Assembly (NCBI GenBank): GCA_030651475.1
Contig: JAUSEW010000035.1
Span: 1 to 54,161 of the forward strand
From: Candidatus Levyibacteriota bacterium
GTDB taxonomy: Bacteria; Patescibacteriota; Microgenomatia; Levybacterales; UBA12049
Reading direction: 5' to 3'
Length of the DNA: 54,161 nt
Shown: piece after piece, positions 18,477-27,416 of the stretch
Layout: each line of letters opens with the position of its first letter
How positions within the stretch are numbered: position 1 is the stretch's first letter
Translations under genes and position numbers: made by a program
The notes under the pieces: generated by a model
Databases searched by the model: none
What the model saw: only the letters and a program-made list of their open reading frames with translations
What the model was told of the DNA's origin: nothing

Positions 18477-18929
18477 ATGTTAAAGCGAAAATTACAAGAG
18501 GAGTTAAAGCAATCAATGCTGGCGAAAGATACGCTTAAAACATCTGTGTTGCGAATGGTGCTTTCGGCAATTAATTATTATGAAATTCAAAAGGGAGGAG
18601 CAGGATACCAAGCAACAGACGAAGATGTTTTAGCTGTAATCCAAAAAGAAGCAAAACAAAGAAAAGATTCTATTGAACAATTTCAAAAAGCAAACCGCCC
18701 CGAACTAGTTGAGAAAGAAACGAAAGAATTGGAAATGTTGCAGGTTTATCTTCCACAGCAAATGAGCGAAGAGGAAATTAGAAATCTTGTTAAAGAAGCT
18801 ATATCTCAAACTCAAAGCACAACGATTGCGGATATGGGAAAAATAATGGGAGCATTAATGCCAAAAGTCAAAGGCAAAGCAGATGGATCTCTTGTAAGCC
18901 AAATCGTTAAGCAAGAACTCTCGACATAG
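18477..18929 (+). CDS. GatB/YqeY domain protein
   Basis: LKQSMLAKD...LRMVLSAI, KQRKDSIEQF, DMGKIMGALM, KGKADG; start moved to ATG 18477 (TATAAT 6 nt upstream). Confidence 0.9.
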   Translation: MLKRKLQEELKQSMLAKDTLKTSVLRMVLSAINYYEIQKGGAGYQATDEDVLAVIQKEAKQRKDSIEQFQKANRPELVEKETKELEMLQVYLPQQMSEEEIRNLVKEAISQTQSTTIADMGKIMGALMPKVKGKADGSLVSQIVKQELST

Positions 18930-18954
18930 CCTACTTTTCTACCAAAATACGATC

Positions 18955-19857
18955 TTATTTTATCTTAATTCTTTCTCTACTCCACTCTTCCCAAATAACA
19001 AGCAATGGAGACGCTATGAATATTGAAGAATAAGTTCCCACAGTAATTCCAATCAATAGTGCTACAACAAACCACCGTATACTTTCTCCGCCAAAAAGAA
19101 GAAGAGCCAGCAAAACCAAAATGACAGTAAGAGATGTGTTTAGCGACCTATCCAATGTTTGAAGAATTGAATCATTAACTATTTTTGCAAATGACATACC
19201 GCCTGTTTTAATCAAATTTTCCCTAATTCTATCGAAGACAACAATAGTGTCATGAACGGAAAATCCGATAATGGTCAGAACCGCTGTTAAGAATAAAGAA
19301 TCTACTTCGACGTTGAAGAAATGCCCTAAGATTGCAAAAATTCCCACAACAACTAAAACATCATGGATCAAAGCTATAATTGCGCAAACTCCAAACTTAA
19401 AACTGCTTGCCGGTTTCGGAACTTTTCTAAAAGCCCACGTTATATATAAAACAATAAGGATGGATGCCACAATAACTGCCTTAATTGCATTAGCTGTTGT
19501 TTCGGCTCCAATTGTCGGACCGATTGTTTCAAACGAGTTCTCTTTTACGACATATTTCTTAGATAATTCTTCCAGAAATTTGTTGTTTTCTTTTTCATCT
19601 ATCGTGCTCGTACGGATAAATACCAAATTATTGGATTTCTCTATTGTTGTAACTTTTACTTTTTGTTCTGTTAGAATTTTCCTTATCGCACTCACATTTT
19701 CCGCGTTAACCGTTTCTTGGAAGGATAAGGCTATTCTTGAACCTCCTGTAAAATCTATGGAAAGATTTAGCCCAAAAAGAAGAATAGATATAAATCCCGG
19801 TATTACCACCAAAAGAGACAGTGCGAAATAAAAATATTTTTTACCTATTATATCCAT
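18955..19857 (-). CDS. secF: Protein translocase subunit SecF
   Basis: IDFTGG, IGPTIG, HDV, GFSVHDTIVVFDRIRE, RSLNTS. Confidence 0.96.
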   Translation of the reverse strand: MDIIGKKYFYFALSLLVVIPGFISILLFGLNLSIDFTGGSRIALSFQETVNAENVSAIRKILTEQKVKVTTIEKSNNLVFIRTSTIDEKENNKFLEELSKKYVVKENSFETIGPTIGAETTANAIKAVIVASILIVLYITWAFRKVPKPASSFKFGVCAIIALIHDVLVVVGIFAILGHFFNVEVDSLFLTAVLTIIGFSVHDTIVVFDRIRENLIKTGGMSFAKIVNDSILQTLDRSLNTSLTVILVLLALLLFGGESIRWFVVALLIGITVGTYSSIFIASPLLVIWEEWSRERIKIK

Positions 19858-21157
19858 ATCTTAAAAAAGTCCTCGTAATTACGATTGCGGAAAACATTGA
19901 TACCAAAACTCCGATTGCCAAAACAAGCGCAAATCCCCTTACTGTTCCTGTACCAAATTGGTACAGAATAGCACTGGTTATAAGAGTCGATATATTAGAA
20001 TCTCTAATCGAAGCCCAAGCTCTTGAAAAACCAAGCTCTATGGCTATATCTTGCGGTTTTTTAAGACGTGTCTCCTCTTTTATTCTTTCGAAAATTAATA
20101 TATTCGCATCAACTGCCATACCGATAGATAAGATAAAACCGGCAACCCCCGATAAAGTTAATGTTATGCCATAGGGAGTTAAAGCACTGATTTTGAAAAT
20201 TGTCAATACGAATAACGCATAAAGAGATAAGGCAACGCTTGCCAATATACCAAGCCTTCCGTAAGAAACACTCATAAATATTACTATAATAATAAATCCC
20301 AAAGCTCCGGCAAAAAGACTCATATTCAAAGACGTTGAGCCCAATGTGGCATCTACAGTATGCTGTTCTAGGGGAATAAGAGGTACGGGCAATGCGCCCG
20401 CATTAAGTTGAGTACTTAAGTCTTTTGCCTGTTCGAAAGTAAATCCTCCTGTAATAACAGCATTACCATTAAGAATCGGGGTATTAACTCTTGGAGCTTC
20501 TATAACCCTATCATCCAACACTATCGCAACTATTTTATTTACATTTTTCGTTGTAATATTGGCAAACTTCTGGCTTCCGGAAGATGTAAAACTTAATTGC
20601 ACCTGCGGTTTACCCGTATTTGAATCAAACGTAACGCTTGTTTCCTGAAGATCTCTGCCGCCAAGATCTGTTTTTATTGCGTTTGGACCTAAGGTTTCCA
20701 AAATTCCAAGAGGATATGCTGAAGAACTAGCTAGTTTTGCGCTCCCGCTTGCACCTTCTTCCCAAAAAGAAAGGCTTGCTGTTGTTCCTATGATTCTTTT
20801 TGCCTGATCTATGTTAACGCTTGGCAGCTCAACTATTATTCTTCCTTCACCGTTCACATTCGCTGTCTGCACTAAGGGTTCCGAAACTCCGAATAAATTA
20901 ATTCTTTTTTCTATTATTGTTTTGGCAGATTCCAAAGCTTGATTTCTTTGGCTGTTGGGAATGCTAGACATATTTGCCTTATAGGTAATGCTGGTTCCTC
21001 CGGCAAGATCCAAGCCTTTTCGGAAATCTAAACCTTTATTTATGGCTAAAAACTTAAATATAGAATTAGAAGTTTTTATTACGGGGAAATTAACTATAAC
21101 TGCAAATATTGTTAAAACTATAATTAGCCAAAGGAGAAATCGCGGTTTTTGTCTCAT
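19841..21157 (-). CDS. secD: Protein translocase subunit SecD
   Basis: GLDLAGG, RINLFGVSEP, LNAGALP, GMAVDANILIFERIKEE. Confidence 0.96.
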   Translation of the reverse strand: MRQKPRFLLWLIIVLTIFAVIVNFPVIKTSNSIFKFLAINKGLDFRKGLDLAGGTSITYKANMSSIPNSQRNQALESAKTIIEKRINLFGVSEPLVQTANVNGEGRIIVELPSVNIDQAKRIIGTTASLSFWEEGASGSAKLASSSAYPLGILETLGPNAIKTDLGGRDLQETSVTFDSNTGKPQVQLSFTSSGSQKFANITTKNVNKIVAIVLDDRVIEAPRVNTPILNGNAVITGGFTFEQAKDLSTQLNAGALPVPLIPLEQHTVDATLGSTSLNMSLFAGALGFIIIVIFMSVSYGRLGILASVALSLYALFVLTIFKISALTPYGITLTLSGVAGFILSIGMAVDANILIFERIKEETRLKKPQDIAIELGFSRAWASIRDSNISTLITSAILYQFGTGTVRGFALVLAIGVLVSMFSAIVITRTFLRYGYNR

Positions 21158-21212
21158 AGATTCGAATTCCTCACTATGACCCTGAGCGAACGAAGTGGGT
21201 CATAGGGGTCAT
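21154..21212. repeat. Palindromic mini-element E1 between duplicated ATGA junction sequences
   Basis: TCAT at 21154-57 and 21209-12; stem CTATGACCC/GGGTCATAG; 15/16 match to 30382-30397. Confidence 0.7.
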
Positions 21213-21784
21213 GCGAGCATACTTTCCTCATCGCCTACAAGCATTACTCTGGATCCGATAAGAATTGATAGAATAAAGGGGTCTCTTTTTTTCTTTCTGA
21301 AAGCAAATTCTTCTTCTGACATAACAGTATAATTTATTTCCGTATTTAATCTTTTCTCTTCATCTCTTACAAGCAGAGCAAGTTCAGGCAAAACTACTGT
21401 TCCGACAATTAGAACATCTACGTCTTCGGGTGCTTTTTTAATTCTCCTGGCGAACTTTCCCGAAAGCATAGCATATTTTATTTTTCCTATTTTTACACGA
21501 TTTTTTAATATTTCGTTTCCGAGCCCGACTGTTTTTGCCCCAAGCTTAAGCAAATCGTAATAGAATGGGTAATTTTTTGATAAGGAGTAGTAAATTCTAT
21601 TCGCTCTTGGTTCTTTTACAAGAATACTTTGCTTTTCTAAAAATGCCAGCTCTCGTCTTACCGCATTTATTTCATCTTTGGTTCTTCTAACTAACTCCCT
21701 GACATGATACATCTCAAAGGGAGATGCCAAAAAAACATTGAGCAACTTCGTTCTTGATTTTGATGTTATTAAATCAGATAACAT
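21209..21784 (-). CDS. Winged-helix (ArsR-like) plus nucleotidyltransferase-like domain protein
   Basis: N-terminal HVRELVR...NAVRRELAFLEK helix-turn-helix; C-terminal LSG...DVDVLIVG. Confidence 0.65.
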   Translation of the reverse strand: MLSDLITSKSRTKLLNVFLASPFEMYHVRELVRRTKDEINAVRRELAFLEKQSILVKEPRANRIYYSLSKNYPFYYDLLKLGAKTVGLGNEILKNRVKIGKIKYAMLSGKFARRIKKAPEDVDVLIVGTVVLPELALLVRDEEKRLNTEINYTVMSEEEFAFRKKKRDPFILSILIGSRVMLVGDEESMLA

Positions 21785-21837
21785 AATCCTGCCCTCTAAG
21801 TCGTTATTCTAGCAACACTGCAAGAATTATGCAAATA

Positions 21838-23010
21838 CTATTTTACGCTTACTACTCCGTCCGTAGGCAGAATTTCGAACCAAATAAGTCCTCTATTGAA
21901 TTTTATCGGATTGCCATTGCTATCAAAAAGAAGGGTTCTCGAAGTTCTGGTATTTTTACTCCATGTGCCTTTAATCTCCATTCCATCTTTAAAGATAATT
22001 GCCCTACCTGTTCCTTTAGTTGTGTATAGAAGATGAACGTTGTCTTCATATCCGTCATTCGCATTAGATTGTTTCATAAACAACACAACAATATTTTTTG
22101 CGTTTAATTGCTTATTATTATCAAGATCTATATGGGCAGCTTTTCCATTACTTCTCTTGTAGGAATTAGACGCCTTGTCATAGCTCCAGTCAACAAAATA
22201 GTCGGAATATGACGCCCAAAATTCAAGATGAATTGTTTGCGCAGTTGGTTTAGCAGAAGCCGCATCATCGGTAAAGCCATAGGGAACGAAATTCTTGTCC
22301 CAAGAGACTCCGTCTTTATCAACATTTGTTAATCCGCGTGAAGCCCCCGCAAATGTCCACAATTTCTCTGTTGCTGAATACATGGTATGTTCGGTCGCGG
22401 TTTCATGACCCAGACGATTATAATCTCTCCAAAATACAGGAAAACCTATAGAAAATTGATTTAAATCATTGTATCCTGTCCAGTCGTATTGCGTGATTTG
22501 CGATAAAGCATCTGCAGGTCCTGGCGTATTGGCTCCGCCTACATGAGCGTACAATGGATTGCTGCCGTATTCCGATATGAAATCCAGGAAATAAGTTCTG
22601 GCAGAACGAACCGGACCTACTTGTCCTGCATCCTGGCAATAAAATACTGCTAAGAATCTTGTAATGCTTCCTTCCGCTACTGCCTCATATATAACATCTG
22701 CTGACGAAAGACCCGATTGGGGACGGGCATTTTGGTGGTTCTCTATCATTACCCCAAGCGGCCTATGCTTATCCCACCAATCTTTTTGTACTTTTGGATA
22801 CAATACACCATTTAGGGGACATGCTTCGGTTTTGGGAAGAGTTGGGCTAAAAACCGTCTTACCATTAACATTGGCAACAGGAGCTCCTGACGAAGAAGTT
22901 GTAATTTTCTGTGTTTGTGCTTTGGTAGATAATAGAAAATAAGAAACACCTGTAAAAAATATATAGACAAAAACCGCCAATAAAATACTTACTATTGTCT
23001 TCTTGTTCAT
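21838..23010 (-). CDS. DUF3048-like (YerB-like) exported protein
   Basis: RPLGVMIEN, ARPQSGLSSADVIYE, EGSITRF, GPVRSAR. Confidence 0.8.
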   Translation of the reverse strand: MNKKTIVSILLAVFVYIFFTGVSYFLLSTKAQTQKITTSSSGAPVANVNGKTVFSPTLPKTEACPLNGVLYPKVQKDWWDKHRPLGVMIENHQNARPQSGLSSADVIYEAVAEGSITRFLAVFYCQDAGQVGPVRSARTYFLDFISEYGSNPLYAHVGGANTPGPADALSQITQYDWTGYNDLNQFSIGFPVFWRDYNRLGHETATEHTMYSATEKLWTFAGASRGLTNVDKDGVSWDKNFVPYGFTDDAASAKPTAQTIHLEFWASYSDYFVDWSYDKASNSYKRSNGKAAHIDLDNNKQLNAKNIVVLFMKQSNANDGYEDNVHLLYTTKGTGRAIIFKDGMEIKGTWSKNTRTSRTLLFDSNGNPIKFNRGLIWFEILPTDGVVSVK

Positions 23011-23014
23011 AACA

Positions 23015-23476
23015 TTATTTCTTGCTTGCCTCTTTAATGGCTTTCTTTTCTTCTTCCGATAATTCGTACTCCAAAGCTTTACCTTTAACTATCCGCTTAG
23101 CATACCACCTTGTTCCGGAACGAGAATATAATCCTGAAATTACTACTCCCGTATCGCTCTCATCAATTAGGGAAAGCGCAAAGCTTTGATCTCCTCCTGT
23201 ATCTTTGAAGGGATTAAAACGGACAAGTCCGACTTTCTGGATGTGCAAACGTCCGTCCTTTTCTATAGTATCACACCAAGATTTTAAATAGTCAATATCC
23301 TTTCGTGAAACATCAACTTGTCTTAATATATTTTCTAAAACAACCTTTAAACTCTTTTCCGTTATTCCTTTTGTCAGCTTATTGTAATGCGATGTTAGCT
23401 GCCATACCAAAACCGCAAGAACTACAATGCAGAGAAAAAGAAAAGCAAAAACCGGGAGTATAAAATCGTAGGGCAT
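23015..23476 (-). CDS. DUF4446-like membrane-anchored protein
   Basis: QKVGLVRFNPF-DTGGDQSFALSLID, YAK, LSEEE. Confidence 0.75.
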   Translation of the reverse strand: MPYDFILPVFAFLFLCIVVLAVLVWQLTSHYNKLTKGITEKSLKVVLENILRQVDVSRKDIDYLKSWCDTIEKDGRLHIQKVGLVRFNPFKDTGGDQSFALSLIDESDTGVVISGLYSRSGTRWYAKRIVKGKALEYELSEEEKKAIKEASKK

Positions 23477-23482
23477 AGAATT

Positions 23483-23522
23483 ATATTAGCCTCTTGACAG
23501 CTTCGTGTCAATAGTGTAATCT
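23483..23522. promoter_or_regulatory. Interlocked divergent sigma70 promoters
   Basis: Minus: TTGACA-17-TAATAT-6-ATG; plus: TTGACA-17-TAATCT; the two -35 boxes form TTGACA-N6-TGTCAA. Confidence 0.7.
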
Positions 23523-23533
23523 TTGCCTATTGC

Positions 23534-23806
23534 ATGGCTAAGCATAGAAAAACTCTTAAACAAAAATTGGCAGCAGAATTACGTCACGAGACTTACAGTT
23601 TAAAAAGTCAGAATATTATTCTATCCAATACTCCGGTCAATAAAACAGCAACTGCTCTTCCCGTTAACTCAAGTAATCTTTATCTTTTTCTCATTTCGGA
23701 TCTTAGAAAAACCGCAATCCTAACCCTCTCAATAGTTGCTTTCCAAATTATTCTTTTCTTTCTTTTGAAACATCGTGTAATTATGTTTCCCGGAATAAGT
23801 TATTAA
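23534..23806 (+). CDS. Hypothetical protein, basic N-terminus and C-terminal TM helix
   Basis: 90-aa ORF with own promoter. Confidence 0.65.
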   Translation: MAKHRKTLKQKLAAELRHETYSLKSQNIILSNTPVNKTATALPVNSSNLYLFLISDLRKTAILTLSIVAFQIILFFLLKHRVIMFPGISY

Positions 23807-23829
23807 GGCGAAGGGAGGTGAAATATAAT

Positions 23830-23973
23830 ATGGCATCAATGTATTGTGTAAAGTGCAGAGCGAAAAGAGAAGACGCAAACGCTCAAGCAGTTACAATGAA
23901 AAATGGCAAACCAGCAATGAAAGGCAAATGTCCAGTCTGCGGAACAGGAATGTACAGAATTGGAAAAGCCTAG
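23830..23973 (+). CDS. 47-aa zinc-ribbon protein, DUF5679-like (below ORF-track cutoff)
   Basis: MASMYCVKCRAKREDANAQAVTMKNGKPAMKGKCPVCGTGMYRIGKA; two CxxC pairs; strong SD GGGAGGTG upstream. Confidence 0.85.
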   Translation: MASMYCVKCRAKREDANAQAVTMKNGKPAMKGKCPVCGTGMYRIGKA

Positions 23974-23987
23974 ATTGTTAAGGCGAA

Positions 23988-24024
23988 TTCTTGAAGAGTT
24001 TTAGGATATCCTATTCTTCAAGAA
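23988..24024. repeat. Compound palindrome in 3' region of the zinc-ribbon gene
   Basis: TTCTTGAAGA/TCTTCAAGAA outer arms around perfect TAGGATATCCTA. Confidence 0.5.
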
Positions 24025-24032
24025 ACAAAAAG

Positions 24033-24060
24033 AAAAACCCCGCATTCTATGCGGGTTTTT
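24033..24060 (+). terminator. Intrinsic terminator (potentially bidirectional)
   Basis: AAAAACCCCGCAT-TCT-ATGCGGGTTTTT. Confidence 0.75.
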
Positions 24061-24089
24061 CTTGGTACCCCATCTGATATAATCAATTT

Positions 24090-24752
24090 ATGAAACTTCT
24101 TCTTACTTCTAACGGGATAAAGCCTGGATTTAAAAATGATTTTCTTTCCCTTCTTCCAAACAAACCATTAAACCAAATTTCCGTCTCATATATTATTACC
24201 GCAGCATTTGGGGAAAATGGAGCTAAATCATGGGTAAATATAGCAAAAGAAGATGTACGAAAACTTGGAATTTCCAACATAGAGGATTTAGATATCCGAG
24301 GTAAAACGGAAAATGAACTTTATTCAATTCTTTCTGAAAAAGATGTTGTTTTGGTAAATGGAGGAAATACTTTTTACTTATTAAAATATGCAAGGGAAAG
24401 CGGATTCGACCAAGTGGTTAAACAATTAATCAACAAAGGAAAAATTTACATCGGAGTTTCTGCGGGCAGCTACCTTGCTTGTCCTACTATTGAACAAGCT
24501 CATTGGAAACATCAGGACAGAAAAGATTTTGGAGTAAAAGATTTAAAAGGACTTAATCTTGTTCCATTTTTAATAACCGCCCATTTCAACGACAATTTCC
24601 GAGAAATGGTTAAAGAAGAAATAAAGGTTACTCGCTATCCTATTGTTTGTCTTTATGATAGCCAAGCCGTATTAGTTAATGACTATTTAACAAAAGTTGT
24701 TGGCGAAGGAAAACGAGAATTTTTTAATGGTTTTAAAGAAAACACAAAATAA
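24090..24752 (+). CDS. pepE: Peptidase E / S51 family dipeptidase
   Basis: MKLLLTSNG, VNGGNTFYL, YIGVSAG nucleophile elbow. Confidence 0.85.
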   Translation: MKLLLTSNGIKPGFKNDFLSLLPNKPLNQISVSYIITAAFGENGAKSWVNIAKEDVRKLGISNIEDLDIRGKTENELYSILSEKDVVLVNGGNTFYLLKYARESGFDQVVKQLINKGKIYIGVSAGSYLACPTIEQAHWKHQDRKDFGVKDLKGLNLVPFLITAHFNDNFREMVKEEIKVTRYPIVCLYDSQAVLVNDYLTKVVGEGKREFFNGFKENTK

Positions 24753-24754
24753 AA

Positions 24755-26281
24755 CTACTTCTCCCTCCAGTGTTCTAGCTTGAGGACTTTGACAACGGAT
24801 ACATCCCACTGTCCGACAATTTCCGCTCTTCCGAAGCCTGCGATTTCCCAAAGAGAATTGCCTAACGGATGACATTCTATGGTCTCGCAAACAACCAATA
24901 GCTGATCCGTAACCGTTGTTCGCCTCGGATCATTTACTGCATTTTCTATTATTACCGGCGGCTTATTACTAAGAGTAAAAAAGTAGCGATAGGCATGATC
25001 GGAATTTCCTCCGGTAATTAGAGCAAAATTGAATGGTTTTTCATCTGTTTTAGACAAAACAAATTGCGAAATTCCCTCGACTTGTTTTAATTGTTGATTG
25101 GGAGCGGATCTAAATGGTACTCCTTGAATATTAATAAGAACAATTCCCATAAACGCTAAGCCTGCTAACGTCTTGCCTGCAACATTCTTACTCCAGAAAT
25201 ATGAGATACTGTTTCCAGCTAACAAAAAAGGCAATGGGAACATAAATCCGAAGTAGTAATCATAAATAGACTTTTTATAAAAACCGAAAAGCGAAATTCC
25301 GACAACGAACCAAATAAATAAAAGGCTTAATTTAGGCAGGTCTTTTGCTTGTTGTTTAAATCCGACATAACAACTTTTGAGAAAAATGTATGCACTGGTT
25401 ATGGCCAAAATAACCGTTAATAGATACCATATATCTATATTCTTGTGCACGCCTATTGATACTTGTTCAGGAGGAGGAAAATTAGTTACAAGTCTTGCGA
25501 ATAGTCTAAAAAATACATTGTATATCGTCTCGAAAAATTTATTGCCTCCGCCCGTATCGCCTGAATGAAAAACGAAATTGAATATACTAATTATATTTGG
25601 AAAACCATGACGAATCTCAAATGCCAAAAAAGGCGACCATCCTATTACGAATCCTAATAGTAAAAATAAAAAATCTTTAATCGCTTTCTGATCACGTCTT
25701 GTGAATAAAACATATAAAACTATAATTACTCCCACAAAAATGGCCAGATAATGAAGCTGCATTAAAATACCAAGAAGTATTCCCGATAAAATAAATAACC
25801 AATAATTATTCTTGCTTAATGCTTTATATAATACGTATAGGGTAAGAAGCGAAAAAAACGGCACAAGATTAGGATTCCATGACGAACGGGAATAAGCGAT
25901 TACCAACGGAGAAATACTATACATAAAGGCCGCTATAATTCCAACCTCTTTTCCCAAAAATTCAGATCCAACTTTATATACAAACCAGACAGTTGCTACT
26001 CCAAATAGAGCAACCATGACGGCAGGACCGACAGGATTATAATTAAATAACCAAAGAAACGGAGCCATAAAATAGTAATATATGGGCCCTAAGAAAAACC
26101 CGCCAACCGAAGCCGTAGGACCAAGAAGCGTTAAGTGCCCATGCAAAATATTGTAGACAATCAAAACATCTCTTCCTTCATCTCCTAGAAAAGTCATGTA
26201 GTCGACAATTCTATAAAGTCTAAGAAAGGCGGCAATTAGCAATATTATTGGTATTATTAAAAATTGAAAAATTCGTTTCAT
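24755..26281 (-). CDS. ArnT/PMT-like GT-C membrane glycosyltransferase
   Basis: FLRLY, FLGDEG, GPIYYY, many TM helices. Confidence 0.8.
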   Translation of the reverse strand: MKRIFQFLIIPIILLIAAFLRLYRIVDYMTFLGDEGRDVLIVYNILHGHLTLLGPTASVGGFFLGPIYYYFMAPFLWLFNYNPVGPAVMVALFGVATVWFVYKVGSEFLGKEVGIIAAFMYSISPLVIAYSRSSWNPNLVPFFSLLTLYVLYKALSKNNYWLFILSGILLGILMQLHYLAIFVGVIIVLYVLFTRRDQKAIKDFLFLLLGFVIGWSPFLAFEIRHGFPNIISIFNFVFHSGDTGGGNKFFETIYNVFFRLFARLVTNFPPPEQVSIGVHKNIDIWYLLTVILAITSAYIFLKSCYVGFKQQAKDLPKLSLLFIWFVVGISLFGFYKKSIYDYYFGFMFPLPFLLAGNSISYFWSKNVAGKTLAGLAFMGIVLINIQGVPFRSAPNQQLKQVEGISQFVLSKTDEKPFNFALITGGNSDHAYRYFFTLSNKPPVIIENAVNDPRRTTVTDQLLVVCETIECHPLGNSLWEIAGFGRAEIVGQWDVSVVKVLKLEHWREK

Positions 26282-27411
26282 TTTTTGGGGTGTTTTTTCC
26301 AGATAACGCGACTATACATTGTAAAGTTCCAAATCAACAATAATCCTGTACCTATGATAAAGTAAATATAGGGATATTTCCTTCCATAAATTAATTCTCC
26401 GACTTTGATTGTTCCGGACTGAATCAGCCAAACGCCAATATTCGAAGTAATGAAGAATTGTAGCATTTTCCATAAATAAGAACTTAGATTAACACCTTTT
26501 CTTTCTTTAAATGTCCAAAGGTTGTTTAGATTGTAATTAGAAAAAATTGCAAACTGGGCGGCTATTATATTAGAAAAAAATAAGCTTAATTTTGTATTAT
26601 TTATAAAAAACGCGTAGAGAAGAATATTTATAACAAAACCTGTGCTTCCGACTACCAAAAATTTTCCGAATGAACCGTATATTAATTCTTTTATTCGGGA
26701 ACTTATAACGTATTTCAAAAGATCAGCGATATATTCTCTCGGCGCAATTTTAGATCTACCCAAAGTCCTGTCTGTAAAATTAATTGGCACTTCTGCAATT
26801 TTGAAACCGTCACGAACTGCTTTGTGCAAAAATGAAACTTGAAATGTGTATCCTAAAAAAGATGTAAGTTCATTTTTTTCTTTAAGAAAAACTTCTTTCT
26901 TAAGACACCTAAACCCTCCTGTCCAATCATGAATTGAGAATCGCATAAGAATTGCTCTAACTAATAGATTCCCAAAGATAGAAAAAAGTTTTCTTTGAAA
27001 TCCCCAATTGGAAGGAATTGATCCTCCCTGACTATACCGAGTTCCAACAACCATATCTGCTCCTTCGTCAATCTTTTTAAGAAACTCCGGAATCTTCTTG
27101 GGGTCGTGAGATAAGTCTGCATCCATCTCAAACATTAGCTCTGCATTCATCTTCTCAATCGCATACGTCATACCTCTTATATAAGCTGCTCCTAATCCTT
27201 TTTTTTCTCCTGCGCAAAGAGCCAAATTTTTCCATTTACTCATCAGCTTTCTTACTTCCTGCGATGTTCCATCGGGTGAGTTATCATCGGCAACCAAAAT
27301 ATTCATATTGTGATTTTTCATACCGGGGAAAATTTGAGTTTCCAGAATATCAATCAAGCGTTCTATGTTTCCTTTTTCGTTGTAGGTGGGAATAATTATA
27401 ACTACTTTCAT
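26278..27411 (-). CDS. GT2 polyprenol-phosphate glycosyltransferase fused to GtrA-like flippase domain
   Basis: IIIPTYNE, DDNSPDG, MDADLSH, FTDRTLGRSK; C-terminal KFLVVG...FSNYNLNNLWTF. Confidence 0.88.
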   Translation of the reverse strand: MKVVIIIPTYNEKGNIERLIDILETQIFPGMKNHNMNILVADDNSPDGTSQEVRKLMSKWKNLALCAGEKKGLGAAYIRGMTYAIEKMNAELMFEMDADLSHDPKKIPEFLKKIDEGADMVVGTRYSQGGSIPSNWGFQRKLFSIFGNLLVRAILMRFSIHDWTGGFRCLKKEVFLKEKNELTSFLGYTFQVSFLHKAVRDGFKIAEVPINFTDRTLGRSKIAPREYIADLLKYVISSRIKELIYGSFGKFLVVGSTGFVINILLYAFFINNTKLSLFFSNIIAAQFAIFSNYNLNNLWTFKERKGVNLSSYLWKMLQFFITSNIGVWLIQSGTIKVGELIYGRKYPYIYFIIGTGLLLIWNFTMYSRVIWKKHPKK

Positions 27412-27416
27412 ATTAT

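Noticed and set aside
19271-20174. Plus-strand ORFs of 186 and 117 aa
   Set aside because: Antisense shadows of the hydrophobic secF/secD genes
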